Sequence record: PX880102.1
DNA length: 64,000 bases
From: a phage
Reading direction: 5' to 3' (one strand)
The position numbers were made by a program, and so were the translations under genes. The notes beneath the pieces were generated by a model. The model did no database searches. It worked only from the letters and a program-made list of their open reading frames with translations, and was not told the DNA's origin. The stretch's first letter is position 1. The number at the start of each line of letters is the position of its first letter. Of the stretch, positions 23,548-32,941 are shown piece after piece.

Positions 23548-24642
23548 ATGGCAATTGTTAAAGAAATAACTGCTGATTTAATTAAAAAGTCTGGCGAGAC
23601 AATTTCAGCTGGACAGAGTACTAAATCAGAAGTAGGAACTAAAACATACACAGCCCAGTTTCCAACTGGGCGTGCTAGTGGAAATGACACTACAGGGGAC
23701 TTCCAGGTAACAGATCTATATAAGAATGGATTATTATTTACTGCATACAATATGTCATCTAGGGATTCTGGAAGTCTCAGAACGATGAGATCTAACTACT
23801 CTTCTTCATCTTCTAGTATTTTACGTACAGCCCGAAACACTATCAGTAATACAGTATCAAAACTGTCAAATGGATTAATATCAGATAATAATTCAGGAAC
23901 AATAAGTAAAGTTCCTGTTGCAAATATTCTTTTACCGAGATCTAAATCCGATGTTGATACATCATCACATAGATTTAACGATGTTCAAGATAGTCTTATT
24001 ACAAAAGGTGGAGGTACTGCTACTGGCGTGTTAAGCAATATGGCTTCAACTGCAGTATTTGGAGCACTGGAAAGTATAACACAAGGTATAATGGCTGATA
24101 ATAATGAACAGATTTATACGACAGCCAGAAGTATGTATGGTGGTGCTGAGAATAGAACTAAAGTGTTCACTTGGGATTTGACTCCGCGCTCCACAGAAGA
24201 TTTAATGGCTATTATTAATATCTATCAATATTTTAACTATTTTTCTTATGGTGAAACGGGTAAATCTCAATATGCTGCTGAAATAAAAGGATATCTAGAT
24301 GAGTGGTATCGCTCTACTTTTATTGAGCCATTAACTCCAGAAGATGCAGTTAAAAATAAGACGTTATTTGAGAAAATGACATCGAGTTTAACTAACGTTC
24401 TTGTAGTTTCAAACCCGACAATTTGGATGGTTAAAAACTTTGGCGCAACTTCTAAATTTGACGGAAAAACAGAAGTGTTTGGACCGTGTCAAATTCAAAG
24501 TATTAGATTTGATAAAACTCCGAATGGTAATTTTAACGGATTAGCTATTGCTCCTAACCTTCCAAGTTCTTTTACACTCGAGATTACTATGAGAGAGATT
24601 ATCACGTTAAACCGTGCTTCTTTATATACGGGGACTTTCTAA
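23548..24642 (+). CDS. 48: Baseplate tail tube cap gp48 (364 aa)
   Basis: 364 aa as T4 gp48; synteny. Confidence 0.9.
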   Translation: MAIVKEITADLIKKSGETISAGQSTKSEVGTKTYTAQFPTGRASGNDTTGDFQVTDLYKNGLLFTAYNMSSRDSGSLRTMRSNYSSSSSSILRTARNTISNTVSKLSNGLISDNNSGTISKVPVANILLPRSKSDVDTSSHRFNDVQDSLITKGGGTATGVLSNMASTAVFGALESITQGIMADNNEQIYTTARSMYGGAENRTKVFTWDLTPRSTEDLMAIINIYQYFNYFSYGETGKSQYAAEIKGYLDEWYRSTFIEPLTPEDAVKNKTLFEKMTSSLTNVLVVSNPTIWMVKNFGATSKFDGKTEVFGPCQIQSIRFDKTPNGNFNGLAIAPNLPSSFTLEITMREIITLNRASLYTGTF

Positions 24643-25607
24643 TGTATTCTTTAGAGGAATTTAATAACCAAGCAATAAACGCAGACTTCCAACGTAATAA
24701 TATGTTTAGCTGCGTTTTTGCCACTACTCCATCAACTAAAAGCTCATCATTAATAAGCTCAATTAGTAACTTTGCTTATAACAACTTGGGGCTAAATTCA
24801 GACTGGTTAGGATTGACTCAAGGCGATATTAATCAGGGAATTACCACGCTAATTACTGCTGGTACACAAAAACTGATAAGAAAATCAGGGGTTAGTAAAT
24901 ATCTTATTGGTGCAATGAGTCAACGCACAGTTCAAAGTTTATTAGGTTCATTTACAGTTGGTACATATTTAATTGACTTCTTTAACATGGCATATAACTC
25001 ATCTGGATTGATGATATACTCTGTAAAAATGCCAGAGAATAGATTATCCTATGAAACCGACTGGAACTATAACTCTCCTAATATTCGTATAACTGGGAGA
25101 GAATTAGACCCTTTGGTTATTTCATTTAGAATGGATTCAGAAGCTTGTAACTATCGTGCAATGCAAGACTGGGTTAACGCTGTTCAAGACCCAGTAACTG
25201 GACTGCGTGCTTTGCCACAAGATGTCGAGGCAGATATTCAGGTTAATCTTCATGCTCGTAATGGATTACCACATACTGCGGTGATGTTCACTGGATGCAT
25301 TCCAATATCAGTGAGCGCTCCTGAGTTATCATATGATGGAGATAACCAAATAACTACATTTGACGTTACTTTTGCGTATAGAGTGATGCAGGCTGGAGCA
25401 GTTGATAGACAAGCTGCCCTTGAATGGCTTGAATCTGCTACTATAAATGGTATTCAAAGCGTTCTCGGAAATAGTGGAGGTGTTACTGGATTATCTAATT
25501 CGCTTTCACGACTTAGTAGATTAGGGGGAACTGCTGGAAGCATTTCAAACATTAATACTATGACAGGAATTGTCAATTCGCAAAGTAAAATATTAGGAGC
25601 AATATAA
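24642..25607 (+). CDS. 54: Baseplate tail tube initiator gp54 (321 aa)
   Basis: Length and position as T4 gp54; strong terminator downstream. Confidence 0.9.
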   Translation: MYSLEEFNNQAINADFQRNNMFSCVFATTPSTKSSSLISSISNFAYNNLGLNSDWLGLTQGDINQGITTLITAGTQKLIRKSGVSKYLIGAMSQRTVQSLLGSFTVGTYLIDFFNMAYNSSGLMIYSVKMPENRLSYETDWNYNSPNIRITGRELDPLVISFRMDSEACNYRAMQDWVNAVQDPVTGLRALPQDVEADIQVNLHARNGLPHTAVMFTGCIPISVSAPELSYDGDNQITTFDVTFAYRVMQAGAVDRQAALEWLESATINGIQSVLGNSGGVTGLSNSLSRLSRLGGTAGSISNINTMTGIVNSQSKILGAI

Positions 25608-25611
25608 CAAT

Positions 25612-25641
25612 GGGGACCGAAAGGTCCCCATATTTTTATTT
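25612..25641 (+). terminator. Rho-independent terminator after gene 54
   Basis: GGGGACC-GAAA-GGTCCCC then ATATTTTTATTT. Confidence 0.8.
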
Positions 25642-25926
25642 ACGGAATGAAATAAAAGCAGCAACTGAAGCAACTAAACTGTCTTCAATATAAACTTCAA
25701 TTTTTACCGGAGCTTCTGACTCAAATTTACCTGTTACTACACCTTGGAAAATGCTTTCAGTCTGTTCTGGCTTTGAAAAATTTTCAGAAGGAAAAATTCC
25801 GAACTTTTTATCTGTTCCAAAAATTTTGATAAATTCATCATAAACTGCTTCATTAAAAGCGTTATCAGCAGGAATAACGCCTTCAACTACAAGTTCTTGA
25901 CCTAAAAAGCGTAAAGAAGATTTCAT
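25636..25926 (-). CDS. Small hypothetical protein (96 aa) downstream of the Alt paralogs
   Basis: ORF with its own early-type promoter and GAGGA ribosome-binding site. Confidence 0.55.
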   Translation of the reverse strand: MKSSLRFLGQELVVEGVIPADNAFNEAVYDEFIKIFGTDKKFGIFPSENFSKPEQTESIFQGVVTGKFESEAPVKIEVYIEDSLVASVAAFISFRK

Positions 25927-25934
25927 TTTGTGTT

Positions 25935-25987
25935 CCTCATGTTATGTCAGTAAGACTACTATAACACAACACGAGGGACTTGTAAAC
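25935..25987 (-). promoter_or_regulatory. Early-type promoter (GTTTAC -35, TATAGT -10) plus leader with GAGGA Shine-Dalgarno; copy A of repeated cassette
   Basis: Minus strand GTTTAC-18 nt-TATAGT, then leader ending in GAGGA before ATG at 25926. Confidence 0.6.
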
Positions 25988-28044
25988 TACATCTTGAACT
26001 TTTTAGACATTCCGTTGATGTTAACCAGAGAAGCCAAGATTTGAGAAACTTCGTTTTCCTCTTCTTTTGATTCTTCTACAAGGAATTGATTAAACCCAGC
26101 CATTGGACGAACTTCACCAGTTTCCATTAGATGATCGCCATCATATACTGATTCTTCTAATTGTTCAGAAGGAGGAACGATTGTGCCTTCGATTAGATAC
26201 TTGTTATAAGCAGTTTCTTTCATCATGTACGTGCTTACTTTATTAATCTTCAACAAAATTCCACGCGGTAGAATAACTTCAGCTTCTGATGGAAATCCTG
26301 ATAAATGACCTGGAACGATAACTTTGATTCGCTCAGCCCCTTTAATTACCATACCTACACTAGTTTCAGCATCTTCATTAGCATATGTAGAATGACTACC
26401 CATATGCATTAAATCTTCGGCATCAACGGAACCTTCTCCTTCACCAGAAAATACTGCACCGGAATCATCTAGAGCCATATAGTTTTTACCATGCTCACCG
26501 AAGATATTTGGTTTAAGCGATGTTGATACGAAGTTCTTGAAATAGAACATTTTATTTTCAATATTATGGCGTAAAGTTTTAAAAGTAACTTCTTGACCAC
26601 GATAAAGCGTAGTTCCCGGAGGAAGAACTGATCCTTTGGCGAATGCAGAATCCATTGTCTCGATGTGTTTAATAGCTCGTTCCATGTATTCTTCACGGGT
26701 AGAATCTGGTTTACCCAAGAGGAACGAGTTCATTTCAACATATGAATCTGCACAATAATCTTCAATTGCATCAGACTCAGCCTGAGTCAGTCCTTTTGGA
26801 GTTACTTCGGTGCTTGCGTATTCATATGCCTGAGCAGCAGATTCATTAATCAATTTATAAATGCCATTCATGACAAATTGAATAATAGCTACCTTTTCGT
26901 CTGGTGTGGCTTTAGAACCTTTAACTAAATCATTGATAATTTTCTTAATAACATCAAAGCTATTAGAAATATTAATGTCAGCGAGATCGCTTAAAATTTT
27001 ATCGGTTTTATAATCAAAGAATTCTTTATTCTTTAAATATTCTTGAGAACCTTGATGTGTTATATCGCTCTGCAGTCTGATAGACGGATCACGTAAACGT
27101 GCATGGGCCAATGCAATATGATTTCGGAAGCTTTCTAGTTCATAATCGTTAGATTTAAAACGAGAAGCACTTCTCATACCACCGATAGCTCCTTTGCCGA
27201 AGTTTGAACCAATCTGAATAACGCCAGAGTTCATTGGTCCTTCTGCTTTATATACCGGAACTTTAGATTCAAACTCTTGATATTTCTTAGCAGCGAAGCT
27301 ATCACCCTGTAGCGAAGCATCGACAGTAGAATATTGAGCTTGTGCTGCTAATCGACGACTAATTTTAGTTTTCTGAATAACAGCTTGATCCGTGCGCTTA
27401 TCATTTTCTAAAGCAATAGAAGCAGCAACAGCAACAGCTTTAGGAACAGCATTACCTGTTTTAACATCTACATAAACATCACCAACCTTTGATTCAACTT
27501 TTGTGAATAACTCAGTTGAAATAGGAGGTACACCTGGAATGTCTTCTAAATTGGCATTTTTACGGTAAACCATAATATATGCATACTTTTTATCGTAATC
27601 CCAGATTTCCTTTAAAAGAACATATCGACCTACTCCTTTAGTACGTACTAAACGGTCAGCAATAACTTGCATTTGACGAGCAGCGCCATTTGTTTTACTC
27701 TTTAGTACGCGGAATAGGCATGCGTCAATTTTATACTGTTTCATTGTTTGAAGAGCAGTATCAAAAACTGCATTAATGACACCAATTGGATTTCCACCCA
27801 AGTTTTTAAGTTTAACTAATGATAGTTTCTCATTAACACCTATCATTACGATATGCATCATTTTATCGCCTGGCTTAACGTTTTTATTTGTATCACCGCC
27901 AGAGGTGTATGTACAAAATCTAAATCCAGGAAGCACGCTTTCTTCACCGGCTTGAATAGCAAAAATTTGAGGTATTTTATGCTTAGGATTTAAGTTAACA
28001 ACCGGCGCCGAAGCGCCGTCAAATAATTCTGTAATAAGTTCCAT
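25987..28044 (-). CDS. Alt-family ADP-ribosyltransferase paralog (685 aa)
   Basis: N-terminus MELITELFD and first ~230 aa closely similar to neighbouring Alt; C-terminal R-S-E motifs YRGQ / FVSTSL / EAEVILPRG. Confidence 0.8.
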   Translation of the reverse strand: MELITELFDGASAPVVNLNPKHKIPQIFAIQAGEESVLPGFRFCTYTSGGDTNKNVKPGDKMMHIVMIGVNEKLSLVKLKNLGGNPIGVINAVFDTALQTMKQYKIDACLFRVLKSKTNGAARQMQVIADRLVRTKGVGRYVLLKEIWDYDKKYAYIMVYRKNANLEDIPGVPPISTELFTKVESKVGDVYVDVKTGNAVPKAVAVAASIALENDKRTDQAVIQKTKISRRLAAQAQYSTVDASLQGDSFAAKKYQEFESKVPVYKAEGPMNSGVIQIGSNFGKGAIGGMRSASRFKSNDYELESFRNHIALAHARLRDPSIRLQSDITHQGSQEYLKNKEFFDYKTDKILSDLADINISNSFDVIKKIINDLVKGSKATPDEKVAIIQFVMNGIYKLINESAAQAYEYASTEVTPKGLTQAESDAIEDYCADSYVEMNSFLLGKPDSTREEYMERAIKHIETMDSAFAKGSVLPPGTTLYRGQEVTFKTLRHNIENKMFYFKNFVSTSLKPNIFGEHGKNYMALDDSGAVFSGEGEGSVDAEDLMHMGSHSTYANEDAETSVGMVIKGAERIKVIVPGHLSGFPSEAEVILPRGILLKINKVSTYMMKETAYNKYLIEGTIVPPSEQLEESVYDGDHLMETGEVRPMAGFNQFLVEESKEEENEVSQILASLVNINGMSKKFKM

Positions 28045-28047
28045 GAT

Positions 28048-30144
28048 TTATCCTTGAACGAACTTGTAAGGCATGTTTGCAATATCTATGCAAGATGCAA
28101 TAATTCCAAGAGATGATTCTACTTTTTGTTTAACATTTGATGAAACAAATGATGCAAAATCAACTCTGTCTTCTATTTCAATATCACCTGTCATTGCAAC
28201 TACTTCACCGGTTTCCATTAAATGGTCTCCGTCATAGATTACCGATTCGGTGAGCTCTTCCGTGGTCATAACTTCAGCTTGAATGAGTTTTGTATTATTA
28301 GATGTTGTTCCGTCATTATTAGAAGCATCAGTTATTTTATTAACTTTGACCATCAATCCACGCGGTAGAATAACTTCAGCTTCTGTTGCTATTCCGAGAC
28401 TTCCTGGATATACAACATTAACTTTATGAGCTCCATCAATTGCCCATCCTATTTGAACTTTAACGTATTCAGGATTTTCTTTATACGCTCTTATTTCGTT
28501 TGGATTAATAGTTATTCCTTCTTCATTTTTATCAACTGTTAATTCATTGCGAGCTTCTGGTTCTAAAAGACCAATACCAGCATGTGTGATTCCAAAACGT
28601 CCAAAAATGATAGGAGTTAAAGAAGTAGATACAAAATTTCTGAAGTAGAACACTTTATTTTTAACTAACGCTTCATATATAGGAGCAGTCATACTTTGAG
28701 CACGATAAACTGTAATGCCTTCTGGTATACGGTCACCATTTTCAAAAGCTGAATCTAAGTTATTTATAGCAGATTCAATTTCTTTTTCACTCATTACATC
28801 ATATCGTTCTGGATTGTAACGACCTAAAAGAAGATTATTGATGTCAGTATATCCTGAACCGCAATATTCTCTAATGCCGCGCTTTTGTGATGGAGTATAT
28901 TTAGAACCATCACGGGCAATAGTAATATCAATCATTGGACCTGCACCAATTCCAGAAAAGCTATAAATCATTCGTTTGAGGAATTTAGTTTTTGCTGCGT
29001 TCCAGGAATTTTTAGTTATTTCTTCCCAGACTTCATCTGGCTGTCCTTTACGTGTTTTATTATGTTTATCAAGCCAATTATCTTTATATTCTTCAAAGAG
29101 TTGATTAACAGCTGCTGCGTATTTTTCTAAACATTTTATTGAAGTAGTTGGTTCATTTTTAATCGCATTAAGAATTACATCTTTAATTTTTTCAGAAACT
29201 TCACCAACCTCACTCATTGGAAAGAATTTATAGTCATAATGAAGTTCATCTGCAGTTCCTTCAGCAATAATTTTTGCTGCCTTAGTTTTAGAAGCCAATG
29301 AATTAATTCCAAGTTTCATTTCTTCCGCTTCGGGAATTAAAGGAGCTGTAGCAGGTTTATTGAAATTAGCTGCGGTAGATTCATACTTCTGGAATAATTC
29401 ACTTTCAAATCTAGAAGATTCCAATGACTGACTTTGTGCAATTGCTCTACGGGAAATTTTAACTTTAACGATTACAGCTTGGTCAGAACGTTTATCGTTT
29501 TCTTGTGCAATAGATGCTGCAATTGCCTCATTTTTAGTTACTTGAGCTCCGGTATCTTTATTGATATAAACATCACCGACCTTCGATTCAACTTTAGTAA
29601 AGAGCTCTGTACTAATTTCCGGAACTCCTGGAATGTCTTCTAATGATACATTTTTGCGATGTATAAGAATATATGCGTACTTTTTATCGTAATCCCAGAG
29701 TTCCTTAAGAAGGACGTATCTGCCACCTGAACGACTACGGATAAGTCTATCAGCAATAAGTTGAATTTGACGAGCTTGACCAGCAGTTTTAGACTTAAGA
29801 ATACGGAGCATACAGGCATCAATTTTATACTGACGCATCGTCTGCATCGCAACAGTAAAAACTGAATTGATGTAATTAATTGGGCTTGGACCGAGACCTT
29901 TTAATTTAGCAATTGAACCTTTAGCAGTTAATGTAAAAGGAACAATATGCATCATTTTATCACCCATTTTTAAATCGCGATTAGTATCACCTCCAGATGT
30001 ATAGGTACATAAACGAAAGCCTGGTTGTTCAATTGCGTCATCAACATGAACTGAAAAAATTTGCGGTATTTTCTTCTTTGGATTTAAGTTTGTAATCGGA
30101 AGAGTAGTATCTTCGTCAAATAATTCTGTAATGAGTTCCATCAT
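28048..30144 (-). CDS. alt: Alt ADP-ribosyltransferase (698 aa), packaged head protein
   Basis: Alt-like sequence with YRAQ / FVSTSL / EAEVILPRG motifs; late promoter and Shine-Dalgarno directly upstream; adjacent to ligase gene. Confidence 0.8.
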   Translation of the reverse strand: MMELITELFDEDTTLPITNLNPKKKIPQIFSVHVDDAIEQPGFRLCTYTSGGDTNRDLKMGDKMMHIVPFTLTAKGSIAKLKGLGPSPINYINSVFTVAMQTMRQYKIDACMLRILKSKTAGQARQIQLIADRLIRSRSGGRYVLLKELWDYDKKYAYILIHRKNVSLEDIPGVPEISTELFTKVESKVGDVYINKDTGAQVTKNEAIAASIAQENDKRSDQAVIVKVKISRRAIAQSQSLESSRFESELFQKYESTAANFNKPATAPLIPEAEEMKLGINSLASKTKAAKIIAEGTADELHYDYKFFPMSEVGEVSEKIKDVILNAIKNEPTTSIKCLEKYAAAVNQLFEEYKDNWLDKHNKTRKGQPDEVWEEITKNSWNAAKTKFLKRMIYSFSGIGAGPMIDITIARDGSKYTPSQKRGIREYCGSGYTDINNLLLGRYNPERYDVMSEKEIESAINNLDSAFENGDRIPEGITVYRAQSMTAPIYEALVKNKVFYFRNFVSTSLTPIIFGRFGITHAGIGLLEPEARNELTVDKNEEGITINPNEIRAYKENPEYVKVQIGWAIDGAHKVNVVYPGSLGIATEAEVILPRGLMVKVNKITDASNNDGTTSNNTKLIQAEVMTTEELTESVIYDGDHLMETGEVVAMTGDIEIEDRVDFASFVSSNVKQKVESSLGIIASCIDIANMPYKFVQG

Positions 30145-30164
30145 ATCCTCTCTAGTGTTTATTC

Positions 30165-30172
30165 TATTTATA
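30165..30172 (-). promoter_or_regulatory. Late promoter (TATAAATA on minus strand) for alt
   Basis: Plus TATTTATA 21 bp upstream of alt ATG; GAGAGGA Shine-Dalgarno between. Confidence 0.7.
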
Positions 30173-30177
30173 AAATT

Positions 30178-30195
30178 AAAGGCCCGAAGGCCTTT
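30178..30195 (-). terminator. Hairpin terminator between the 62 aa ORF and the alt late promoter
   Basis: AAA-GGCC-CGAA-GGCC-TTT palindromic hairpin flanked by A/T runs. Confidence 0.55.
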
Positions 30196-30382
30196 AATAA
30201 TCTATTGGTAAGAGAGTACGGTATATTTCAAACTTTGGACCTTTTTCATAGGCATCAAATGTTTCTGTGAATTTATTATAAGCATATGCATCTATAAATT
30301 CAATCATAATTTGTGATACAGAAGTAGAAACATCTCCACCTTCTTTTTGAGCAACGACAATTGTTTCTAAGTAAGCTTTCAT
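30194..30382 (-). CDS. Small hypothetical protein (62 aa) between ligase and alt
   Basis: ORF overlapping ligase stop by ATGA, followed by hairpin terminator. Confidence 0.45.
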   Translation of the reverse strand: MKAYLETIVVAQKEGGDVSTSVSQIMIEFIDAYAYNKFTETFDAYEKGPKFEIYRTLLPIDY

Positions 30383-31839
30383 AGACCAGTTACCTCATGA
30401 AAATCACCAAATACATCCTCGAATGTATTAGCTTTAGTTTTATCTTCACGTAAACGAATCGCAATCGGAAGAAATAATTTAACGTAATCAGTGCGGCCAT
30501 CAGATTTTAACCAACCGTTGCATTCGCACTCTAGAATTTTTCCAATATAATAATTTTGGTTTTCCATAATGCGAGTACGGTCAAGTTCATGCGATTTTAC
30601 ACCGGCTTTATCTTTTAAACCTGAACCAGCATTTACTTTAATTTTTCCACACTCTGATTCAAGAATAAATCCACCTGCTTTAGTAGGGTCTTTACGGTGA
30701 GGATAAATTCCTACAATTTTTAAATCAACATCAATTACTTCTTTAAATTTATAAAGATTTTTTGAACGAGCATTTTCCCATAATCCATCGATATTTTTGA
30801 GAATAATACCTTCAAGACCTTGGTCAATATACTTTTTATAAATTACCTTAGCTTCATCTAGGTTATTTACTACTTGGTTTTCAATTAAAATTACTTTATC
30901 ATATCCTGATGTCATTTGTTCTAGTTTAGAAAAACGTACATCATATTTTAAACGAAACGCCGGAAGACCGTATATTTCTACTAACGGGACATAATCCCAG
31001 ACCTGAAACTTCATGCATTGAGCTTCTTTTTCTGAAATAGTTCCCTTTAAAGATTTATTGGCAATTCCATTAGAAGCAGTACGAGATTCAGCTACTTCGG
31101 CAAACTCTTTAGCTTTACTGATTTCAGGAGCATCAAAAAGAAAATCTAGACCTTCTGGCTCTTTTTCAACTTGCTCATGGTATACCAATTCGCCATCAAT
31201 TAACACGCCTTCTGGATGAATCTGGCGGGCTTCAGCGGTCATTTTGATTAACTCTTCCTTAAGAAGATCTAATCCTAGATATTCATTACCAGCTCGTGAT
31301 AAAAGACGAACATCATCTAATTCATTACCTCTAACTTCAGCAAAACACCGAGCTCCATCAGCTTTTAACTGGGCAAAGGCTGGAAATTTGATATTCTTAC
31401 TAATGCCTTTTTCATCATAAGAACTTGCCAACATTTGAGGTTGTTCAGGAATTAAACCTGGCCAAACTTTATTTGCAATAGATACTGAAGCACCGCATTC
31501 AAGATCTCGCATCATAACTCGACGCAAAACTTCAACATCATCCTTTTTACCATCAGTGATATATCCAGTTAATTCCTCGATTGCAGCATTTCCAGTCAAT
31601 TTCCGAGTAGCTAACGTGAATTCAATGAAGTCAAGCATATCGGTAATAGTCAGCATCCCAAAACTCTGGGTAGCAATACCAGGTTTAGGCCATTTCTTGA
31701 TATAATACTGTAACCCACGAGAATAAGTCAGACGATATACTCGTTTAAGCAATTCATTATCTTTATTCTTTTCAAGAATTGCTTGCTTCTGCTTAGTTGA
31801 TCCAATAGATGCTATTTCGTTCAGAATTTTAAGAATCAT
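30379..31839 (-). CDS. 30: ATP-dependent DNA ligase gp30 (486 aa)
   Basis: Adenylation motif KADG in AQLKADGARC; length about that of T4 ligase; synteny. Confidence 0.92.
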   Translation of the reverse strand: MILKILNEIASIGSTKQKQAILEKNKDNELLKRVYRLTYSRGLQYYIKKWPKPGIATQSFGMLTITDMLDFIEFTLATRKLTGNAAIEELTGYITDGKKDDVEVLRRVMMRDLECGASVSIANKVWPGLIPEQPQMLASSYDEKGISKNIKFPAFAQLKADGARCFAEVRGNELDDVRLLSRAGNEYLGLDLLKEELIKMTAEARQIHPEGVLIDGELVYHEQVEKEPEGLDFLFDAPEISKAKEFAEVAESRTASNGIANKSLKGTISEKEAQCMKFQVWDYVPLVEIYGLPAFRLKYDVRFSKLEQMTSGYDKVILIENQVVNNLDEAKVIYKKYIDQGLEGIILKNIDGLWENARSKNLYKFKEVIDVDLKIVGIYPHRKDPTKAGGFILESECGKIKVNAGSGLKDKAGVKSHELDRTRIMENQNYYIGKILECECNGWLKSDGRTDYVKLFLPIAIRLREDKTKANTFEDVFGDFHEVTGL

Positions 31840-32105
31840 TGTTCATCCTTTAGAGTTTGGTTTACAACTCTATTATAAATCAATTCATCATTAAGCTCAG
31901 TCAAAGACCTGTGGTACGTGGTTCTAACTTTATTTCCTTGCATCCAGTGCTTGACGTAAATGAAACCTTGCTCTACACATTTTTTAAAAATTCGTTCGTC
32001 TTTTTGAGCTCGGAATTCTGGATTGCATCTAAAAAATTGATTTACGTGACCGTAATCACGTGTAGTATTACCTTCATTTTCATAAATAGTGTGAACAACA
32101 AACAT
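31836..32105 (-). CDS. Small hypothetical protein (89 aa), first of the 30.x series
   Basis: ORF with overlapping stop/start in operon-like array. Confidence 0.5.
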   Translation of the reverse strand: MFVVHTIYENEGNTTRDYGHVNQFFRCNPEFRAQKDERIFKKCVEQGFIYVKHWMQGNKVRTTYHRSLTELNDELIYNRVVNQTLKDEQ

Positions 32106-32941
32106 TAGAATGCTCCTTGGAAAATATTATCACCACTAGTAGGTCTATTATACAAATACTCTATGCCACCGGGTTTAATATAGTTCCATGTCTGAAATGG
32201 ATGTGTCTGATATGGATGATATAGATTATAAGGATTAAATCCAGGAGTTCTCCAGGTAGTGTTCCAAGGAAAAGAATCGTTTTTAACCATCTTCTCAATT
32301 ACATCTTTTATAGCTTTTTCACTATCAAAACTTTCTTTATTTTCCTTCGGTGAAAAAAGCTTATTCTCTACATCATTCCATGTATAAACTCGCTGAGCAG
32401 TTTTTGGAATATTGTCACGTTCCCCTCGAGCCATCCAATAAACAGGAACACTTAATATTTCACTCGCATGATCGCAGTGATGAGCGAGATCGTCGATATA
32501 ACAAATTACGTTATATTTCTCTTTTGCCTTTTTGAACAACTCTTCTTTTGAAGAATCATGACCACACATCATTACTTCCGAGAAGGCACCAGGAAAAAGA
32601 GCATTCAAATTAAATTGACGATTCAGCAGAGCGTCAATAGAATCACCCAATGCTGTAACAGCAACAAAATTATAATCTTCTTTTAATTTGTTAATTACAC
32701 ACAGAGCATCTTTATACGGAGACAAGTAACGAATAAAATCTGAACGATTGTATTTTTCAATTAACTTGACACCAAGTTCTTCATCACAATTAAAGAGTTT
32801 ACCAGGAGAAATAAATTTCTCATCCTGGATCATTTTTAAAATATGTTCTAACGGAAGATTATATTTCTGAGCAAAATAAGGAAGGCCTGATTGCCAGCTT
32901 AAACATACTCCATCAATATCAGTTAAAATAGTAGGCTTCAT
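32105..32941 (-). CDS. HAD-superfamily hydrolase-like protein (278 aa)
   Basis: N-terminal HAD motif I LTDIDGV; overlapping start/stop with neighbours. Confidence 0.55.
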   Translation of the reverse strand: MKPTILTDIDGVCLSWQSGLPYFAQKYNLPLEHILKMIQDEKFISPGKLFNCDEELGVKLIEKYNRSDFIRYLSPYKDALCVINKLKEDYNFVAVTALGDSIDALLNRQFNLNALFPGAFSEVMMCGHDSSKEELFKKAKEKYNVICYIDDLAHHCDHASEILSVPVYWMARGERDNIPKTAQRVYTWNDVENKLFSPKENKESFDSEKAIKDVIEKMVKNDSFPWNTTWRTPGFNPYNLYHPYQTHPFQTWNYIKPGGIEYLYNRPTSGDNIFQGAF

